Of a stretch of 11,495 nt of DNA, positions 7,106 through 11,495 are shown piece after piece. The DNA is from Promethearchaeota archaeon (lineage in GTDB: Archaea; Asgardarchaeota; Lokiarchaeia; Sigyniarchaeales; SOKP01). The notes below the pieces were generated by a model. The model ran no database searches and was not told the origin of the DNA. It was given only the letters and a program-made list of their open reading frames with translations. The position numbers and the translations under genes were made by a program. The number at the start of each line of letters is the position of its first letter. The stretch's first letter is position 1. The stretch lies in contig JBHLME010000138.1 of the NCBI GenBank assembly GCA_048938445.1, forward strand, positions 1-11,495, in the 5' to 3' direction.

Positions 7106-8122
7106 TTATTTCGAGAGGTTAATTTTAATTTTAGGTTTAATAATTCCAAGATCTCTAATATTTTCTCTTTCTTTTTCAAATTTTCTTAAATTAAGGTCTT
7201 CAGCTATAGAATGTCTCAATATTGTAAGCATCATTAATATTTGAGCGATAAAAGTTAACCATTCTAAACTGGTTATAGTTAACCCTATCTCAGAAAATGA
7301 TTCAGGGTAATATGGAGATATAAAAAAAGCAATATGACATGCATATGTAAAATAAGCGATTATAAAGTGAGTAAATGGAATTTCTTTATATAATACTGCT
7401 AATATCGCATAATATGAAAAGAATCCAAAACTACCTAAAAAGTAAAATTCTACGCCAATGACGTGAAACACAAATAAATGTTCCGAAAAAATTGCGACAA
7501 AGCAGATTCCTAATGAAAAGGAGATATTTGATAATGCCATTAATTTAAATATGTAATTTCTATTAATTTTTTTTTTTAATTTTTTAATTTCATAAATATT
7601 AAAAAATAAAAACATCATGCTTGAAATTATCCATCCAGTATTAAATACAATACTTGCTTGAATTGGACCAATACCTAGATCACTAATCCAATTATTAAAG
7701 ATAGAATATTCGGGATCAATATATAGATACAATGCTAATGCTAAAAATGTTGAAAATGCATAAATCATAATTCCTAAAATTCCAAAAAAATATCCCGGGA
7801 TTTTATCATAAACATTTTCAAAGAATTGATTAATTTTTTCATGAATTTTTTTTTCTTTATCAATCTGTTTAGATTTTAATACCTCAAATCTTGAAAAAAC
7901 AGTTGATGCTTCCATATCATCAATTTTACCTTTAAAATGTTTCACATTATAATCATGTAGACTCTCTCTCTTTTCATGAAGTCCCTTTAACAGAAGTTCA
8001 AGTTTGTTAGTATCTTCTTCAACTTTTTCTATAACTATTTGATGATTGCTAGTTTGTTTAGTGCTATCTTGAGATTTATTCATTAAATTCTTGTTATTAC
8101 TTACAGTCATTTTGTTTATCAC
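7106..8122 (-). CDS. DUF998/Frag1-like 6-TM membrane protein with an N-terminal coiled-coil region (paralog 2)
   Basis: Colinear with paralog 1: FFENVYDKIPG, YSIFNNWISDLGIGP, IVFNTGWIISS, KLMALSN and SPYYPESFSEIGLTITSLEW. The start is uncertain (GTG 8122, ATG 8110 or ATG 8083). Confidence 0.72.
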   Translation of the reverse strand: MINKMTVSNNKNLMNKSQDSTKQTSNHQIVIEKVEEDTNKLELLLKGLHEKRESLHDYNVKHFKGKIDDMEASTVFSRFEVLKSKQIDKEKKIHEKINQFFENVYDKIPGYFFGILGIMIYAFSTFLALALYLYIDPEYSIFNNWISDLGIGPIQASIVFNTGWIISSMMFLFFNIYEIKKLKKKINRNYIFKLMALSNISFSLGICFVAIFSEHLFVFHVIGVEFYFLGSFGFFSYYAILAVLYKEIPFTHFIIAYFTYACHIAFFISPYYPESFSEIGLTITSLEWLTFIAQILMMLTILRHSIAEDLNLRKFEKERENIRDLGIIKPKIKINLSK

Positions 8123-8361
8123 GTTTTATAATCGGTTTCTAAGATTTTATAAATTTGTTGTTATGATTCCATTTGAAATTTATTTCAATATTTTTATGAC
8201 TTAAGCTATCAGGATTTTTAATTATAAAATAATTTTATCTTTCTTAATTTTGAAATAATATTTTAATATATATAAATAGTTATATTTCTTTTTTATTCAA
8301 GTAATTTTTTAATGATCAACAAAATTGTTTTTAACTATTTTATAAAATAATTTTTCCCTTA

Positions 8362-9120
8362 TCAGAAAATGTATGGTATGAGCGCTTTTCTCTTTTTTGG
8401 ATAATCTGAAAATGTTTTTAAATACCATATATGGTTGCTTCTTGCCCGAGGAGTAAGATTTGCAAAAGTCCATATTGCAAAAATTAATCCTGGGAGTGAC
8501 CAGGTCATTATTGCCCAGCCAAACCATTCTGTTATCTCACCTAAATAGCTAGGACAACTTACATATTCAAACATCCCCCCATAAGGGATTTTAAAACAAG
8601 TCTCACCAGGTTTTCGTAATTTACGTATAATACGATCAGAAACTAGATGTATAATGAAACCATGAAAAAATAATATGATTCCTATAATAAATGCAGGATT
8701 CAACAACCAACTTGTTTCATAACCTCCAGATAGTGTATTTATCCATCTTCCTTGGAGAAATACATTTATCGAATTGAATATCATCCCAGAAATCACTATA
8801 GACAGTGGCATTGGATTATTACCTCTCATCAATTTCGGAAAAATGAAAGTTCGATAGCTATAATGCATTAAAAATAACGTGGAAAACAAAATTATTACTG
8901 GATAGAAATGATATTTGCCTATAATATAAAGGATTATATATAAAATGATAGCGGGTGATTCCATTAATACCCAACCTGTTTTATCATTGATTGTTTTACC
9001 TGAAGTTTTCATAAAGTGCTGACCATACCCTGCTGTTACTTTAAATAACGAGAAAAAGATAATAATTGCAGGAATAAGTATGAGAATCATTAAACAATTG
9101 AAATAGAATATCTCTTCCAT
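8362..9120 (-). CDS. 3-oxo-5-alpha-steroid 4-dehydrogenase (steroid 5-alpha-reductase, SRD5A1/2/DET2-like), paralog A
   Basis: AGYG, GWVLME54SP, HY87SYR, SD..IR.LRKPGE..FKIP.GG.FEYVSCP.YLGEI.EW.GWA, RA..H.WY and C-terminal YPKKRKALIPYIF. Confidence 0.92.
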   Translation of the reverse strand: MEEIFYFNCLMILILIPAIIIFFSLFKVTAGYGQHFMKTSGKTINDKTGWVLMESPAIILYIILYIIGKYHFYPVIILFSTLFLMHYSYRTFIFPKLMRGNNPMPLSIVISGMIFNSINVFLQGRWINTLSGGYETSWLLNPAFIIGIILFFHGFIIHLVSDRIIRKLRKPGETCFKIPYGGMFEYVSCPSYLGEITEWFGWAIMTWSLPGLIFAIWTFANLTPRARSNHIWYLKTFSDYPKKRKALIPYIF

Positions 9121-9384
9121 TTTTTATAGCACTTAAGTCGTATTAAGGAATATTTATTAAATTTTCGTCTATTTTTTGATTAATACTAATATAATTATAA
9201 TTATTTATTATTACATTTAATCTTAACAAAAAAAGGAATTTTTCATTAAAAAGATGAAAAATTTATGTGATAATATTAGTTGTTTTTTTTATTCTAATTT
9301 ATTATCATAAGTTTTATAGATAGGCTGATATATTGTTATTTAATAGTGAATTCAATTTTTAAAAACATTTTAAAAGGTGAAAAC

Positions 9385-9975
9385 ATGAAAGAAACTCCTA
9401 AAAAGTTATTTACAGCCTATGTGGGGGAATCCCAAGCTAGAAATCGCTATACTTTCTGGGCTAAAATTGCTAAAAAAGAAGGTTATGCTCTAATTTCAAA
9501 CGTCTTTTTAGAAACTGCGGATCAAGAATTACAGCATGGAACATGGTTTTATACAATGCTTCAACAATTTAAAAAAGAAGAGTCTTTCGATGAAATGAAG
9601 GTTTTACCCGACGCAGAATTTCATACAACATTCGGAAACACCATTGAAAATTTAACATCTGCAATCGCAGGAGAAGACATGGAATGGAAAACGCTTTATC
9701 CCGATATTGCTGATACAGCAGATAAAGAAGGATATCCAGATATTGCTACTAGAGTAAGAGCAATTATAAAAGCAGAAAAACATCATTCCGAGAGATATGG
9801 AAAACTCCTAAAATTGGTTGGAGATGACGCATTCTTCAAAAGAGGGAAAAAAATCGTATGGGTTTGCATGGAATGTGGATATGAGGTCGAAATGGACGAA
9901 ATACCAAAAAATTGGAAATGCCCTTCCTGTGACCATCCTAGAGCAAATTTTCGAAAGAAATGCGAAGAATTCTAA
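9385..9975 (+). CDS. rbr: Rubrerythrin
   Basis: AYVGESQARNRY, ETADQELQHG, AIAGE..E...LYP and AEKHH di-iron motifs, plus a C-terminal rubredoxin-like CMEC...CPSC. ATG 9385 has AGGTGA (9375-9380) upstream and is preferred over GTG 9346, giving 196 aa. Confidence 0.95.
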   Translation: MKETPKKLFTAYVGESQARNRYTFWAKIAKKEGYALISNVFLETADQELQHGTWFYTMLQQFKKEESFDEMKVLPDAEFHTTFGNTIENLTSAIAGEDMEWKTLYPDIADTADKEGYPDIATRVRAIIKAEKHHSERYGKLLKLVGDDAFFKRGKKIVWVCMECGYEVEMDEIPKNWKCPSCDHPRANFRKKCEEF

Positions 9976-10154
9976 TAATTTTATTAATTTAAATATATTT
10001 TCTTTATTTTTTATCTAGAAACCTTAAAATAAGCAATTCTCATAGATTTTTTTACTTCAATTTAAAAAAATTAAAATTTAAGCATATTAATTCAATTCCT
10101 TGAATAAAAAAGATATGACATCTCTATAGATTGATTTCAATATTTTAACCATTA

Positions 10155-10913
10155 TTAGAAAATAAAAGGAATTAGTGCTTTTCGGTCTTTTGGATAATTA
10201 GAAAATGTCTTTAGGTACCATTTATGATTACTTCTTGCTCGAGGGGCAAGATTGGCGAAAGTCCATATTGCAAAAACCAATCCAGGAAGTGACCAAGTCA
10301 TGATTGCCCACCCAAACCATTCTGTTATTTCGCCAAGATAACTAGGACAACTCACGAATTCAAACAACCCTCCACGAGGGATTTTAAAACCTGTCTCACC
10401 AGTTTTCCGTAAATGCCTTATGATTCGATCTGATGTATAGTGAGTAAAAAAACCCATAAAAAATATTATTATCCCTACAAAGAATATAGGAGATAATAAC
10501 CAACTTATTTCATAACCACCTGATAAAGTATTTATCCACCTTCCTTGAAGGTATGCATTTGCTGTATTGAATAACATCCCCAATATGATAATCGATAATG
10601 GCATCTGATGCTTTCCTCTGATTAATATTGGAAAAATGAACGTTCGATAACTATAATGAAATAAAAATAACGTGGAAAATAAGATCGTTACTGGTTTGAA
10701 ATGATAATCTCCTATAATGTAAAGAATTAAATAAAAAATTACAACAGGAAATTCCATTATTATCCAGCCAGCTTTGTCATTGATAGATTTCCCCCATTTT
10801 CTTGTAGTATGTTGACCATAACCTGCTGGTATTTTAAGTAGCGTTATAAAGACTACTATTGCAATTACAATCATGATTATCATAAACAAGTTGAAGAATA
10901 AAATCTCATCCAT
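10155..10913 (-). CDS. 3-oxo-5-alpha-steroid 4-dehydrogenase (steroid 5-alpha-reductase-like), paralog B
   Basis: Same motifs as paralog A and the same length (252 aa). A manual ungapped count gives about 182/252 (72%) identity. Ends YPKDRKALIPFIF. Confidence 0.92.
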   Translation of the reverse strand: MDEILFFNLFMIIMIVIAIVVFITLLKIPAGYGQHTTRKWGKSINDKAGWIIMEFPVVIFYLILYIIGDYHFKPVTILFSTLFLFHYSYRTFIFPILIRGKHQMPLSIIILGMLFNTANAYLQGRWINTLSGGYEISWLLSPIFFVGIIIFFMGFFTHYTSDRIIRHLRKTGETGFKIPRGGLFEFVSCPSYLGEITEWFGWAIMTWSLPGLVFAIWTFANLAPRARSNHKWYLKTFSNYPKDRKALIPFIF

Positions 10914-11163
10914 TTTTTAGTGCGGATTAGTTGTAGTTTCACATATAGATTCTATAAGAACATTGATAATTTATACTTTTATCAATTTATTTGATTAATC
11001 TTAAGAAATTTCAATAGATTCAATATATACTCTTAGAATCGGAATTTATTAATTTAAACTTACAAATAAAAATGTCTAAAGAGGTTTTAATTTAAAAGAA
11101 CAATTCTTAAATATCATCGCGTTAATTTACACTCAACAAATTCAAGTTATTTGAGTGTTAAAA

Positions 11164-11495
11164 ATGAAACAAAAAGAAATTTATAAATGTAATGTCTGCG
11201 GAAAGATCATTGAGATTTTGAATCCTGGCGCTCCTGAAACCATTTGTTGTGAACAACCAATGCAATTGATGGAAGAACAAACTGCAGATTGGAAAGGAGA
11301 AAAACATGTTCCTAAAATTTCAATTGATGGAAATAATGTAATGGTTGATATTGGTATTTCAATGGGCACTCCACATCCCATGACCGAAGAACATTGGATA
11401 ATGTGGATTGAACTCTTATGTAAGGGTAATTGTTATAAACGTAAGTTTTTAAATCCTGGTGACGAGCCAAAAGCAACTTTTGTTGTCGCCGATAC
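11164..11495 (+). CDS. dfx: Desulfoferrodoxin (2Fe superoxide reductase), 3'-truncated by the window edge; not in the ORF track
   Basis: Manual translation gives MKQKEIYKCNVCGKIIEILNPGAPETICCEQPMQLMEEQTADWKGEKHVPKI...PHPMTEEHWIMWIEL...FLNPGDEPKATF. This has the desulforedoxin CxxC...CC centre and the EKHVP / HPM.EEH SOR centre. Confidence 0.95.
   Translation, partial: MKQKEIYKCNVCGKIIEILNPGAPETICCEQPMQLMEEQTADWKGEKHVPKISIDGNNVMVDIGISMGTPHPMTEEHWIMWIELLCKGNCYKRKFLNPGDEPKATFVVAD

Noticed and set aside
8359-8364. TGA stop of SRD5A-A as possible selenocysteine read-through
   Set aside because: It falls at the family's conserved C-terminus (PYIF) and is followed immediately by TAA. No in-frame TGA at a catalytic Cys position was seen in any redox gene here.
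8309-8527. 72-aa minus-strand ORF
   Set aside because: Alternative frame overlapping the conserved 3' end of SRD5A paralog A.
9818-10018. 66-aa plus-strand ORF
   Set aside because: Out-of-frame overlap with the rubredoxin domain of rubrerythrin, with no motif.
283-11052. Identical 12-mer GGAATTTATTAA at 283-294 and 11041-11052 (upstream of tusA and dfx)
   Set aside because: Such matches are expected by chance in very AT-rich intergenic DNA, or simply reflect generic BRE/TATA sequence. This is not evidence of a shared regulon.
11181-11381. 66-aa minus-strand Cys-containing ORF
   Set aside because: Antisense to the clearly recognisable desulfoferrodoxin gene.

Overview
Strongly AT-rich prokaryotic window, probably from an anaerobic archaeon. 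GAGGT/GGTGA ribosome-binding sites, TATA-like boxes and oligo-T terminators point that way, and the style suggests an Asgard/Loki-type lineage, but that is inference only. The left half (343-5493, + strand) is a sulfur-trafficking/Fe-S locus: TusA, a DsrE-family protein, an IscS-like protein, IscU with a C-terminal extra domain, and a 792-aa CoA-disulfide/persulfide reductase carrying rhodanese-TusA-rhodanese domains. The key observation is that the IscS has lost its PLP Schiff-base lysine (SSND instead of SxHK) and its substrate-binding Arg but keeps the persulfide-loop Cys, like the inactive Archaeoglobus fulgidus IscS. The IscU is fused to a degenerate thioredoxin-reductase NADPH-type domain. 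Together these suggest an Fe-S assembly or sulfur-relay system fed by inorganic persulfide/polysulfide rather than cysteine. The right half has two paralogous 6-TM DUF998/Frag1-like membrane proteins with coiled-coil N-termini and two paralogous steroid 5-alpha-reductase (SRD5A/DET2)-like genes. Each reductase gene is divergent from an oxidative-stress gene: rubrerythrin, and a desulfoferrodoxin that the ORF track missed and that runs off the window end. No RNA genes, CRISPR arrays or mobile elements were seen.
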